Position numbers and translations under genes: made by a program. Source: Lingula anatina (Eukaryota > Animalia > Brachiopoda). From it: DNA of 64,000 nt. The stretch lies in the NCBI GenBank assembly GCA_051362555.1, contig CM120640.1, positions 16,120,001-16,184,000 of the forward strand, written 5' to 3'. Shown here piece after piece: positions 1 through 41,000 of this stretch; positions within the stretch are counted from its first letter, which is position 1; the number at the start of each line of letters is the position of its first letter. The notes beneath the pieces are model-generated. The model ran no database searches and was not told the origin of the DNA. It saw only the letters and a program-made list of their open reading frames with translations.

Positions 1-334
1 TGCCGTTTGCAATGGTGCATTTTAGAATGGAAGTTGATCTATTCTGCACTGTTACACAATTTCTGCTCAAAAGGCAGGTTTTCAGTTCAAAGTAACCATG
101 CCTCAACAACAAAAAGTTTATAGAAAGAATAACATGAAGAAAACAGAGACCAGTGCACCAGAACCATTGTTAGCTATTTTGTTCTTTCTATGTTGTCAAG
201 GCAGCATATCAGATACTTGTTATATATCTTAAAGTCAGGCAAAAATGCAACTAGAGAATGCTGTAAGCTTTACATAAATCCCTGACATTTTATAAGAAAA
301 ATAAGCTTCCGGAGGAAATCACTTCTCTACTTAC

Positions 335-26742
<26,408 letters not shown>

Positions 26743-27093
26743 GTTGACAAACTCACTTAAACTCTGCCACTCGAGGAAAGTTACTCTATTTCGGAAGGTC
26801 TGATTCAGGTTTGACGCAAATCATTATATCTTACGTCTAAACGTACAAAAAGTCATTTCCCTGCTTTGATATACATATTTGTGACAATCATCTCGTGCAA
26901 AGTCAAGGTTAGCGTGCCGAGCAGACGTTATTTATCTCTGAGGGGTGAACAAGGCTGGAAAAAAGATGAACCCGTCCAAAAATGCAGTGCATGTTGGGAT
27001 ATCTCAAAATGGCGCTGCCCAGGGAGTTTTGAACTTTTTAAGAGTTAAACACATTTATAAGGAAGGAGAAACATAATTTTCTTGATAATCCAG
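26743..27093. promoter_or_regulatory. Probable bidirectional promoter and 5' UTR region shared by PLCL (-) and USP44/49 (+), including a candidate non-coding first exon of the USP gene
   Basis: Locally CpG-richer than the flanks; YY1-type motif AAAATGGCG at 27006-27014; plus-strand donor CAG|GTAATT at 27093/27094; the USP ATG exon begins with an acceptor, so an upstream exon is needed. TSS positions are inferred, not observed. Confidence 0.5.
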
Positions 27094-28868
27094 GTAATTT
27101 CATGGGGTGTAAATTGTGCCTCGTGTTTTTATGTAAGTAAATAGAAGGTTAAATGTAGTAGTGGTGGTGAAACTGTTAATGTGTTTCACAGTAGACGATG
27201 AAAAGTGGCTTTGGGATTTGCTAAAGCCTAAATGTATTTTTTGTTTGGCAATATAGTATCTGAATAATAAACTGTTACTGACAGTTCATTAATCCTCCTG
27301 GTCTTCCAGGTTCAACATGTACCAAATACAATGTCATACTTGCCACTGATCATAGATGCTTTTTAGCGGCCACGGGAACACTTCAGTTTAGAACCACATC
27401 ACAAACTAGCACGAAATTCACACTCCTGTTGACGATTTTCATATATAGCCTGGCCTCAAAAAGTGTGTTATGAAGACCAGCTGCACTCCTGGAGCTCTCA
27501 AATTTTGATCTTACCTCTCATCTCAACTCGCACAGTCCTGTAAAGTCAATGTTTTACATCAACAGAGCTGAGGTAATGTCCCTCTCCTTGTTTTCCAGTT
27601 AGGTCGTAGGTCAAATGATGCAATGTTTTTTCCCTAAAGAAAGCAATCTACTGTGCATGCTTTAATGTGTTAAAACAGCTTAGATATCAAAATTGTTAAT
27701 AGGAGTGCAAATGCATGAATATTGTGCTAACTACAAATAACTTCAAAGAATCAATCAGCTTTTTATTTTTAATGCCCACTTTTAATGCCAGATATCACCT
27801 ACTACAGATGCATTTTGGAGTTTTTGTTCAAGTTGTTTGTAATTCTCGTATAGTATGGTATACATCCATCGAATAGTTGGATATTGTATACATATATATT
27901 CTAGTGCTAGAAATGGCAATTAAAGATATGTTATGAAAATGAGCCAGAGTCTTATTTTCTATGTCTACATTTCCTGTAAAGCTACTTTTCTTTCCCATTT
28001 CAGACGTTAGAAATGATAAAACCCCTCTAATAAAACTTCCCATTTCTTCTGAATTATACAGGAAGACATGGCAGTCTTAAGTTACTGGACATGCCATTTA
28101 GAGCTAATTTTTTTTTTTATTGAGAAATGGTGTAAAACATTAAGTACAAGTGCAGGGAAGGGTCATCAGTGATTCGTGAGTAGGAAACTTCTTTTTTTTT
28201 CAGAAATCTTGTTGGCAGGAAAATCCCAGATGGGGTGCCTCAGATCATTAATTAAAACATAAAACCATCTGATGAGCCACCAGAAGTTGATAACTGAATT
28301 GAGAAATATGCATTAAAGCACTGCCTTCAGCATTAACTTTGTTTTAATCATACCCCCCCCCCCTTGAAAAATTATGAATTAAGATTTAAACCAAAACAGG
28401 GTTTAATCCCCCATTTCCTTACTCCTCAGATTTATTTTTAAAAAATATCTGTGGGTTGCATTAAAGTAAATTACATTCAGCATTTGACAAAATCAATTTG
28501 TAGTGAGGTTTTAAGATGAGTGTTTTTAGTGAGTGTCTATATTAAATATTTTTTTAAAAAAATATCCACTCTTCATCTAGATTGATGGTGTTATAGTAAC
28601 AAGCATATATTGGCAATAAATTTTCAACCAAAATGTTTTAGGTTATTTTTTGTAAGTGGTTAATAGTTGAGAGGATAGAGTTGATAGAGATAAAATGATA
28701 TCAAAAGACGCAACAACATAATGATAATTTTTTTCTTTATAGTTACCAGTTATATCCCAGTGACATAGGATGGCATTTCTCCTGGCTGACTTTTGACATT
28801 TTGGTTCAACATTTTGTTGATGCAGTCTTAGAGTTGTTGTTGATATTTTAATTGATTTAGAGAGTGTA

Positions 28869-28909
28869 CCCATAAACCCATCTTACTAATTGGATCAATC
28901 TAACTCTGC
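28869..28909. repeat. Terminal fragment of the 3136-3600 MITE family (uninterrupted site)
   Basis: cccataaacccatcttactaattggatcaatctaactctgc aligns with 3145-3179 joined directly to 3398 onward. Confidence 0.6.
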
Positions 28910-30699
28910 AGCTTGAAAAACAAAAATAAAACATTAAGCTTGCAGTATCCTGTTAGAAACTGCCAAGTTAAAATACAGTATTTGAAGAGCACTTTACTTC
29001 TGCCTCATATTGATTACTAAAAAGGTAAAAACATGTTAAGATATAAATGAAGATCTTCCATTTTACCAAAAAAAAGTTACATCTAATTCCATTGAGGCTC
29101 ATTGTGAACATGCCTGTTAGTTTTATCTACACTTGGTTCAATGTGTCTATTGTAAAACATTTTAAAATGGGATTGATTTAGCAAGCATAGTAGTCTGTAT
29201 TCCATCATTTGCCTTTTTTTTCACATAATTACAATTCAAGGTTACCACTGCACACTGATGCGCCATTTTTCCAGCCATGTGTGTCCTTTTATCCTTTTTC
29301 TAACAGTTTGAATTGGAAGCTGAACTGTGCTGATGTTAAAAAAAGTAGCTCATAGTAAATCTCATGTTGACAGCATTGATCATTCTACTTCTCATTTCTA
29401 ATTACTTTAGATCTATAAAAGGCTGAAAAAGAAAGCTCAGAAATGGCATCTATCTATAAATGGAAGATATCTGCTGCTGAGGCAGCATTAAAGCTGATCA
29501 CAGCTAGTATATCCAACAGTTAAAAGATAAAAAAATATCGGTATTTTAGTTGAATATAAATCCATAGTACTCACTGGTGTGAAGCTTAGACATATGTGTT
29601 AAGTATGTCTTTCTATAATATCATAAAACGGGCACAATAGTTGAATTGATTGTACTTCTTATGATTTATCTTAGATTTTTAGGCCAGAGTAGATTGATTC
29701 TACGTTTAGACCAGTTTTTATGAAACAGTCTAAAAGTTAAGACCATACTTGAAACTTGTGTATCTCGCTTTTTATGAGCCAAGAATGTAATGCAAAAGTG
29801 AAGGCCTAGACAGTGGTGATTACTTACAGGTCAATGACTTTTTATCAGCAGTGTTATCAATACGTTCTATGATACATCTGCTCTGTGCAGTGCAACTGAT
29901 GTGCAACACTGATTTGTCTGTGCTGCGTTTATCTGATCGTAATGTACACTGTGTGATATCTATGAGATATCCTCCTTGTTATTGCCTAATCAATTTTATT
30001 GGAACTGTTTGATGCTGTGCAATAAAAGTAGTGCTGCACACGATGTTTGAGAGAGTTTTAAGCTGGGCTATAATTCCAATTCCAAATACATGGTTAAGTG
30101 GTTGTGATTTAAAATCTTACGATAAATGTTGATCCATATTGATTTTGACTTTTTAGAAAATAAGAAATGTGTTACTTGTGATTTTTATCATAAATTGCTT
30201 TTTTTTTATGATGGAGTTTATAAAATGTAACATTTGAAAGCTTTTCAAAGGCATAAGGGAAATTATTGGTGACAAGTTTTCCATTAAAATGCATTAGCCA
30301 TTTTGATCATGTTTTAATACTTTTCTAAATGTTCACCTTATATATTTAAAACACTTAAAACACTCTCTCAATTCAATTTGCATGACTTCTCATGGAGTTT
30401 AGTTTGGATGAATACTATTTGTCATCATAGCTTGAAACTATGGACCATTATTTTTATGTATAATCTCAAATTTCAATATTTGAAAATCACTGGAGTTTAA
30501 ATGAACCAAAGCTTGGCATATGTTAAGTTTCTGTTTAATGATAATGACAATTTGACAAAATTTGCTTTATTAAAAAAGAAAATAAATGAATAAATAAGAA
30601 GAGAAAATGAGAAAGAAAGAAAAGGAACACCCCTTGCTTCAACATGTGTTTCTGTGATGAACATTATTAAGAGAACTGTTTTTGTCCATTCCAGCACCC

Positions 30700-30807
30700 A
30701 TGGACAGCTGTCGCCATATCAACAGAGTGAAAGTATCTCAGGATCATTCTATTCTTAACCCTCAGAAATGGCTTTGTGCTGAGTGTGGGACTACAGAAAG
30801 TGTTTGG
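30700..30807 (+). CDS. USP44: USP44/49 coding exon 1 (ATG, ZnF-UBP)
   Basis: ttccag|caccc [39 protein letters not shown]|gtaagt; the acceptor ending at 30694 implies an upstream non-coding exon. Confidence 0.92.
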
Positions 30808-33800
30808 GTAAGTTCTTCTGTATATTTTAGGCCATATACTCATGCACACACAGATTTGTACTAGTATGCCGTTAGCACATACATGCACACACGTAAGGAA
30901 AGAGTGGAAGAGGTACAGCAAAATTAAACTAAATGACACATAAATGAATATATCTTCTGAATTATTTCCTCAAAGGTTTTTTTCTTCTTGTGCATAAAAA
31001 AAATACAAACTCTCACACCTACGTGCATGCATGAGATATACTCAAACATTTCTATCATTATAAAATAGTTTGGCATATTTTGTCTTTTTGTTAAACTGTA
31101 TTCCATCTTGTCTTTTCAGGCTTGCTTGAGCTGCTCTCATGTAGCCTGTGGAAGATATATTGAGGAGCATGCATTTAAACATTACCAACAGACTAAGGTG
31201 ATTGCTTATTTTAATAGTATCCTTTAACAGAGTTGTTCTCTTTTGATTTGTATCTGGCACCAGACCTGGTAAATAAATAACAAAGGCTTACTATGATTCT
31301 TTATTCTATTCCTCTTTTATTTTTTTTATAATTTCTTCTTATAATTTTGTTTTCGGGTGTAAAATGCTATCAGTGTTTTCTTAATACATTTTTATAATAA
31401 TTGTCTTGTAAGCCTTTGGCCAACATTTTGAAAATGCTTTAAATTGTAGCATGTTGCATGATCATTGTCTGAGATTCTACCACTGCAGAATCAAATGTTT
31501 TTCATTTCCTTGCAGCACCCAATATCCATTGAAGTGAATGAACGATATGTTTATTGGTAAGCTACTGGCTATTATAGCTGCACAGGGTAAAAAGTCAATT
31601 TAGCTGGCTTGTAACACAAGTAATGTGGTTGAATAAATATCTTGACATATTGGCTGTCACTTATGTACAGGATTTGGACAAAGTTGTACGATACTGACAG
31701 CCAGGGATTCCACTAGATTTCTCGGAAGTCAATTAGGACCATGACTGACAAAGAAATCAAAATCATGTATCAGAGTATTGGGGGGGGGGGGGGGGGGGGT
31801 ATTATAAAATTCTAGGATCACTTAAGGCTGTGCTAATGGAAACCAGGTGGAATGATGTGCACTTAAGAATCCGTTGATTATTTTTGTATATATTCAGCCT
31901 GGAGCAGATTTCGATACAAAATAATGGCTCTTCATGTGTAAGTACTGTTGTTAGGACTGGTGTTGCATGTTGTTGGTATTAGCTTGTTTTGAGAAATATA
32001 CAAAACCAGGGTTCACTTTGAAAGAAAACATGATATTGATCTTGAAGTTTTGATAATTTAAGGAAGAATGAAGATTTAAGTGGCACTGATTGTTGACTAA
32101 TACATTTTGGTTGCTATATTTATGTACACTATAAATATACTCTTATCAGTTTTATGTCACTTAAACTTCTCCAATAACACAGAAAATGCCATCATAAACA
32201 CTTGGATGAATGTACAGAATGACAGACATATCAGACTATAGCTTTTTTTTTTCATTTATATAATTCTTTTATTGTTTCATAGCAGAAAAGCTGATGTACA
32301 TTTAGAACTGGCCAGTGCATTTGCAGTTCTAGGTTTTATTCAAGTTCAAACTTCAGTTTAAAACTTTCAAACAAGGGAGTGACAGTGATATATTTTGCTC
32401 TCTTAACTGTGACAATCTGAAACGTCGAAAAAGCATTCTCCAGGGACATACTACTTATTAATATTATTTAAATCGCAACAGCCATGAAGGCTCAGAACCC
32501 TCAAGGGAAAAACATTGATATATGACACACAAAAAAGTTTCCTCAGCATCTAGCTTGTGTGTCAACAGAATGATGAGAGGAGGGATGAATTTGCTTAAAG
32601 GTCAGGACACTAAGTTTAATCTGAGACTTTGAGATAGCTTTACTGGTGACAGTTGTGATTAATTGAATTATCGTTCCATGAATATTTCTGGGAAACACAC
32701 CATGGGTAGTATTTTTTTGATCAAATGAATTATGAGTGAAAGTTTTCATATATTCACTGGTGGAGGATAAAGCTTGTATTTATCATGTCATAGGTATTTC
32801 CATGAATTTCCTTGCAGTTGGTTTTCTTTTTAAATGAGAGGATGAGATTACCTGTCATACCGATTGAAATTAAGGTATAAGCTGTAGTATTGCAGGAATT
32901 CTGTGAATTCCCTGTAAATTAAGTAGGGGAGTAGCTCTAAAAATTTCTATCATAACTATTAATATAGAAAAAAGGTCTTTTGTGTAACTGCAAGTTAAAA
33001 AATTGTTATTTGGCATTGCATCTCATTTTAACAAATAAATTAAATTCCAAGAAAATTATAAAAGTGATTGTGAATTTTTTTACATTCTAACCTTGAATAT
33101 TAGAACACTTGTTATATCACTGTAGGTTATATAGCCAACAGTGTGATTGTCCAAAGAGAAAACGTAATGAGTGGCTATAATTACAATAAAATATTGCCAT
33201 CAAAACTGCTCAGCCAGAACAATAGTAATTTTTTGATCCAAATTCACCTTGCTCCATACATGTATTTTGCGTTAGAGGCCCTTAGATTGGTATCATTGCA
33301 AATATCTCTACCTGAATTAAATTGCGTCAAACTCTTTGGGGGAAAAAAACAATTGGTGCTGTTATGTTTGGAAGCCTCTGAAAGCTGATTTGGCTTGGTT
33401 ATAAGAGGTAAAACTTGCATTCATGACCAGTCTGTGTAAGATGTTCTTATCTTGTAATGAAGTCATCAATTGTTGCTGAAGATAAATGTAGACTGACAGT
33501 TATGTTTCATTACAACTATTTTAACCAAGATGAAATAAGTAATGCTTTATGCAGAGTAGTTGTCAAAGAAACTTGCATTGTAGTCAAAGGAGGCCTTTGT
33601 TTTATTGCATGTGCTTCCTGTTCCTCAGGGGCAGGTTATTATCAATCTTCATTGGTCACTGCTGCCAATACTTTGGGTCCCAAACTAGAAATTTATTTGT
33701 CTCTAAGACGGATTTGTTATCATCTTTTGTACTTTTAGTCAGTGATGATATCTATCTTGTTATTTTCTTTATGAGTATTTACAGACAACACAAACACGCA

Positions 33801-36800
33801 CAAACACACGAAAGAGAGAGATAGACTAGACTACTAAACTGCTTTAATTTTCAGTGTATCCATAAAAAATTATTTTCAATTCAACAGTTTTTGAAGCTAT
33901 AAATTTTTTGTTAAAGTAGCATCTCTTGTGAAATTATATTTGAACATATTTGGTGGTCATTTCAGTTATGTATGTGATGACTATGTCCTGAATGACAATC
34001 CTGCCGGGGACCTGAAACTGCTGCGTAGCACACTGAATGCTGTTACCACTCAGTCCTTTGAGGATGTGGAGAAGAGAGGAAGACGAATATTAAGGTCAAA
34101 ATCTTTTGCTGGTTTTGAAAACAGGTGTGATACTGTTTCTTTCTGTTATTATTTACTTTTTGCTTTCTGTCTTAAGTATTTGAGCCTTTGATATGCTCTG
34201 ACATGATAGATCGGCCCTTAGTATGGATTCTGTTGCCGTTTTTTTGTCTTTTTTATTTGACAGTTTTAAAATGAAATATTTATAAAATGTTTTACTGGTT
34301 TTAAGTTACTTTTAAGGTTTTCTAATTGTGGTTATTTCAGTTTATTGGTTTGCTGCTCTGATTCTCTTCATGTTTTGTCACTATATTTTTGACATCTTCA
34401 GGGTGAAGTATTTATTAAATACACAACATGTTCTAAGTGCACAGCAATGTTGCAACTTGTGATGCTAACTATGAGGACATTCACCTCAGTTTAAGTCAAT
34501 AATTGTAGGTCATTTCATCTTATAGGGCTGCTGCAGCAAAAGTGAATGAAGTAGAGGATAGAAATTATACTGCTTTATGGCACAGAAGGTAGTCTGTCTG
34601 TCTCCAACTTATCTTTGTTACTTATTTCATATGTCACATGTCTAAGTGTCATAGTTTGCATCCAGAAGAATCAGATTATAAAATGGCAAGTTAGAATAGT
34701 TAACATGCAATTTATATGTCACATTGATGTATTTAAGGCAAAAATAGTCAACTTACAGTTAAATTGTGTTAGACACAATATTTTCATGTATTTAGCTAAA
34801 AGTCTGTGTGGTTGAATTTTGGATTTTTATAGAAGTTGTTTTTTTTTTAACTTAATTGCAGTGCCAAATGTTAACACTGACACTTATACAAATCACTTAT
34901 TTTTGCAGGGTAAATCTTCTGAGCAAAGTGTTTTATGCATGGAGAAGTTTAGTAATAAAAGATGTAATCAAAGTAAGTTATGTTAGATTTAACTTTAAAT
35001 GCCCTTGGCAATTGTCTGATAACATGGACAGCATACTTGATTAACTGTCTCTGCTAAAAAAATAAGAAATAATAATGATATACATTAACATAATATAGTC
35101 TGCCAGAAGGTTATTATTGCAATATTTTCCAAGAGGTTATATTGCATTAACGAGTTTATAATCACTATCAGTTGCTGTCAAATTTTAAAAATGTCATATA
35201 CGCCACTGATGTCTTCTCACTTTGTCTATGTATGACATGATCTTTTTCTGTGTTTCAAAACAGTCTGAACCCAAAGCACAAGAGGCGTCCAAGTCAGGCC
35301 CTGTCCAGCTGGGACCATCTTCATCCTCATCCTCATCCTCGTCCACTTCTTCCTTGCCACCAGGTGTCACTACAGTCACCTCCCCCACCAGGAAGAAACC
35401 TCCCATACTTCTCCCAGGGACCACAGGACTCAGGAATCTAGGCAACACTTGTTATATGAACTCTATATTACAAGTTCTAAGGTAGGGATGAAGTTGTGCT
35501 CTCCTCGTAGGTTTTCATGACAGACACTTGGTATGTGATAGCCACGTCAGATTCTATTTCTGTATTGCTCATTTGGAATTCTACTGGGACATTGCATCAA
35601 TTGTTGTTGAACATCATTAGCCAGACAGGCAGTTGAATATTCTGTCCCGTATGTAATCATTCTCAATAAGTTTTGATATGACAAAAACTGAGTCTTTCTT
35701 TATTTTTCAATGTAGATTTACACTGACACAATATGATAAGGGCTTTTAACTGATAACTATTGACTCTCTGTCTGTTTTCTATCAGTCATGAGGGATGGAA
35801 TGCAATATAAAAGGAAAAAAAGAAAATTTGACCAGAATGATGTGACAGATTTATTTCTGGATTATCAAAATATGTAGGCTGTATACAAAAGAAATGGATT
35901 TTTGATTCGGATGTGGAAAGAACAAAATTGATTAATTCTGACAATCCAATATCTTTTTGTTTAGTACATGCTTAAAAAAGAAACCCAAGTTATTTTAGAT
36001 CAGTTCTTTACTTTTAGTGTGGTGTAGATCAAGTTTAAAAGAAATGAAAAAAAGGCATGGGTGAGCTACAATAGACTTATCACAGTGTTTGCCATTGATG
36101 GAAAGATTCCTGTGGAGAGTGCAGGGAAAGATGGCTTGAATTTTTTATCACAAAGAAAACATTAAAGAAAATGTTTTCCCCTCAGTATGTTGCAACAGCT
36201 TAAACTACATTAATGGCAGTTCTTGGAGACAAAAAAGCTATCAATTTACTTCAGCACTTTAAATTGATAGCTATTATTACATATACTGATATTACATTTG
36301 ACTGAATTACTTCTAGAATTTATTTGATTTTCGTCATTGTTTTTCTTAATTTATTTTTTTATATTTTACAGGCTTTTAATTTAGAGTGTATTTTATGTTT
36401 TCAGTCACCTGGAAGGCTTTCGGGATTATTTCCTGTATTTAACTGGTGATTTTTCTCCTGGAAACACTCCACAGAGGGAGTGCAGAACACCTAAACATCC
36501 CAATTATATGAGACAAACCACTGTAGAATGTTTTCAGGTAATTCTTTATCTTTTTTACTTGGTAAATGTATAAAATGAATGTCCTTGTGTAAATGTTGTT
36601 TGACTAGCTTGTGTAAATGTTGATTGATTAGGATTAAAATTTGAGATGTTTTGATGATGTCTAACTTGAATCTTCACAATTTTCTAGATCAAAAGTGCCT
36701 GAGTTATGTGGATCATTTGCTGTATTTGTGAATATTTTGAGTATTTAGATGTTGGACTGACTTTTACCAAATAACATTGAATTTCAAGCCTAGGCAAAAT

Positions 36801-37994
36801 ACATGTTTTTACTTCACAATATTGATTTATTAGAAAATAAGAGTCATGATTTTTTCAGCACATCAATACGCCAAAGAAAAAGTCAGAAAGTGATCGAGGT
36901 GGGCTGAATGGAGGCAGTACAGAGGTGGCACCCAGTGGTACCTCAAAACTCCAAAACCAGGCCACAGACTCTAACCAACGCATGGTCACACGCTCTGAAG
37001 ACTTGTAAGTACTAGTGCCCAGCAGCTGATGTGAGAATTAGCTTATTCATACCACATAATGCAACTATTAGGACAAAAAAGATTAACTCTAGCAACATAT
37101 CATAACAAGTTTCCAGATATATACAGTGAATGCTTGTGTTTAAAAGTGATTTTTTTTATTATGCACTTACATGGACGGTAATTAATTCAAGTGATGTGAT
37201 ACTGGAATTGTCTTAGCTATAAAAGATAAATGATTTGAAACTTTTGCTTTCTAAATCTTTACCTTTGCACTGATTTGTATGATATGGTTAGGGAAGCAGT
37301 AGCTGTCATAGTTAAAAAAAAAATAATAATATGAAATCTCTTTCCAGATCTCTGTCTGAGGAGCTCCATGCACTGTTCCGTGTGATATGGTCAGGGAAGT
37401 GGGTATTGGTCAGCCCACATGCAGTGTTACATGCAGTCTGGAACCACATACCCTCTTTCAAGGGCTTTGCTCAGCAAGATGCACAGGAGTTTCTGTGGTA
37501 AGCAGTCTGTGCCAAAAAACCTTTTAACCTACTGGTCCTCTGAGTCATTGGGTTCTAAGAATCCATTAGCCCAAAGCAGAAATAGTGAGCAGTAATTGAA
37601 AAAAGTTGGAAATTTCTACTGTTTTGGTGTCAGTGTCTAATGCTAATTGCCATTCAGCAAATGATAATATCTCAGACTGTAAGCATGGTGGGAAAATATT
37701 GCAGAAATAGATGTTAAGAGCATCTAAGGGAATCAAAATTTCAAACTGATACAGCAGTGTAAAAAAACAAGGACATTGGTATTTCATACTTGTGTATAAA
37801 TGTAAGACATGTATACAATATACATGTATTACCCTTATACATTTTCATGCTCTCTTGAAATGGCTGTATATTTTCTTGCGCTCTTGATTTGCTTTAATGT
37901 TTGTAAATTTTAGCATTATGTCTTAACAGATTCATGTGTTCTGTTTACTTCTTTCTTGAAGGTTTTCACTGGCATTAATTTATTTGTTCATTCA

Positions 37995-38082
<88 letters not shown>

Positions 38083-41000
38083 TTTTTCTATTTTTATATT
38101 TTCGTGACTCTAGTGAGCTATTGGACAAAGTCCAGAATGAGCTGCAAGCTTCTGTGTCAGCGAGCAGTGTCCGAGATGTGATAGCAGAGACATTCCAAGG
38201 AGAGCTGATAAGTGAGGTAAGTGATAATAACACCATGAGTCAGTTGCAAGCAAGGTGGATTTGATGTACACATGTGTGAATCACAGAGTCCAAGTCACGT
38301 ACACCTTGTTGGTGAGTGTTGTATCTGACTTACACTACAGTAGATGTTGAGAACAAAAGTCTCATGCTGGGTGTAACTCGTGGTCAGTAACTCTAAAAAT
38401 TGTACTATAATGATGATGATGATGATGGTTATGATAAAACTTAACACAGCCCTTTGAGGGTTAATGCAGTGGATGTTTTACAATCAAATCTTTAATATTT
38501 TGATATATAGAATAAAAAATTTGATTATTATCCCATACTGTATTAAATACAATACCATATTACAGGTGAAATGTCTTGCATGTGGTCAGAAATCCCAGCG
38601 GTTTGAGCCCTTCATGGACCTGTCCCTGGATTTCCCTGACAGGTACCATGACCCCAAGTGTGCCGAGGCCCAGGAAAGCTGTCATATCACAGGTGAGGGA
38701 CAGTTTGGTGCTTGGCACATGTCAGAATTACAGTTATTATTATTATTATGGTCTTGACAAATGGCATTTCATGGTTATGATGCATCTTCCTTTAATTATT
38801 ATCTTAAGCAAACTTTGTTTTGACTTCTGTCACTTATGTTGTATATATTTGTATGTAGTAGATGTGATCTTATACATCAACCAGAACTTTTTGTACTTAA
38901 TTATTATTATTTCTATGGTTTGACATATGTCAGATGTGTGTTTTATGCCCTAGATTGAATTTCCATGAGCTTGAGAATTAGTGAACACTTTGGTTGCTTA
39001 TTTAGGTCATTTACATAGAAATATGCTTTGAAACTGAGATCCCCTTATTAAAAAATTGAATTTTAAAGTTTTGATCTTAAAACATTCACACTCTGAAGTT
39101 TATGTGGAGAATATATAATATGTTTTACTCGCTCTGATAATAATAATAATAAGAATAATAATAATCACATCAAAATATATCATATGAGATACATGCAGAA
39201 TCCCACTAGAAATAGAGAAAAAATAACAGTGCACACCTGATTGTCTCTTGATTACACTAGTTAATTGCTTATTATTATATTCTTTCAGAAATGTTAGCCA
39301 AATTCACAGAGACTGAGAAGCTAGATGGGGAGATTTATTCATGTGAATACTGCAACAGTAAGTTGGGCCTCTCATTCCATTTGCTCAACATATTTTCTTT
39401 TCAAATTAAACTTAACTTTTAACCATTTAATTGCAGTGTCTTAGAAACAGTTATGTTAAATTAATTTTAAGGTCTATATATTTGGGGTGACAAATATGTC
39501 AAATTTTAGTTTTATCACCAATGATGTCTGATTTTTCAGGCAAAAGAAGAAAAACAAGCAACAAAACTGTGATATACACTGAAGCTGAGAAGAGATTTCT
39601 TGTGAACAAATTACCACCAGTATTACGTCTACACCTGAAAAGATTTAGGTAAGTTCTGCTAAGGATTTCACAGCTGTGTTATGCACTTTAAGTTACAATA
39701 ATTTTTTTTAAGACCAAATAAATTCCAAGTTTTTTTACAGCAGTATTTTTGTCTCTCAAAATGCCATCATTGAAAGAATCACCCATGTGGACTTCAACAA
39801 GTTACTATCGCTGTCTTGCTTTCTGTATTACAGGTGGTCAGGGAGAAACCATCGTGAGAAAATAATGACCCATGTGGACTTCAATGACGACCTCCGTATG
39901 GAGCCATTCTGTAACCCTGAGCAGTGTCTGGTGAACACGTACTACACTCTGTCTGCAGTGGTCATACATCACGGCAGGGGGTTTGGTTCAGGGCACTACA
40001 CAGCCTATGTGTGGAATGACTCCACCCGTGAGTATTGGACTTTCGGTTTTAATCAGTGGCACATGATCTTTGCTGGGATTTTCCCACCTTTTTGTCTGAT
40101 TTCATCTTTTTTTTTTTTTTTTTGGGTGCAAGAAAGTTTAACTTAAGAAAATTGATTTGTGTGAAATATTCAGAATTGGAGGAAGTTGGGGATGGCTGGG
40201 GGGGGGGTATTTTTTCTTTCTCGCTGCATGACAGGCAAAGCAGTACAAGAAGTTATGAGATAAGCTGATGCTTATCCCTAATTTCTGATAGGCAGAAAAT
40301 ATTGGTGCAAACAGGACAAATGATATCTGACACATTTTGCTTCTTTCGTGTCTGTCATGATAAAGAGGAATCCATATATCTGACTTTGCATGTTGTTTAC
40401 TAATTGAAAGATTTATAGTATGTCACCTCAAATTTCCAATGAAATAATTACTTGATGTGCTGGAAATTTCATGTTAGATTTGTAGTCTTGCCTGGATAGA
40501 GGCCTTTACAGTAATTGTACCACCAGCGTTAGCGCTGGCGGTACACATGGTTTCGGTCTCGTCCGGATCGTTCCGCCGGCTCCGCCGGACGGCTACCGTT
40601 ACCGCTTCTCCTCCTAGACGGTAAGGCCCCCCATACCCATCTCATGGATTTAGGTCACCTATAATCTCAACTCGTTCCACGTAAAATTTGGGCTTTGTCG
40701 GTATTGGGGTCTGGGTGTGGCACTCATTGCAATGCACCCTTGTCCAAAAATGGCAAAATTAAATGCTAATTATCTACCCTACGGAAGGAGTTACGGGAAA
40801 ATTTTCTACAGACGGCTTTCCAAAAGTCATATGTGTAGATTTCAAATATACCCTCGGATTTGACCTTTGACCTTTACTTCAAGGTCAAATGGGCCAAAAT
40901 TTTCAAAAAAATGAAATTTTTTACGAAAAAAAAATTTTTTGCCCTGTTATTCAGACACCACACAGACTTAACCAATAATATTATTGGAAAGTGTTACCCT

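Noticed and set aside
37956-38113. [10 protein letters not shown] ORFs here, and similar FIYL and VCVC ORFs at 22448 and 56660
   Set aside because: Translations of microsatellites.
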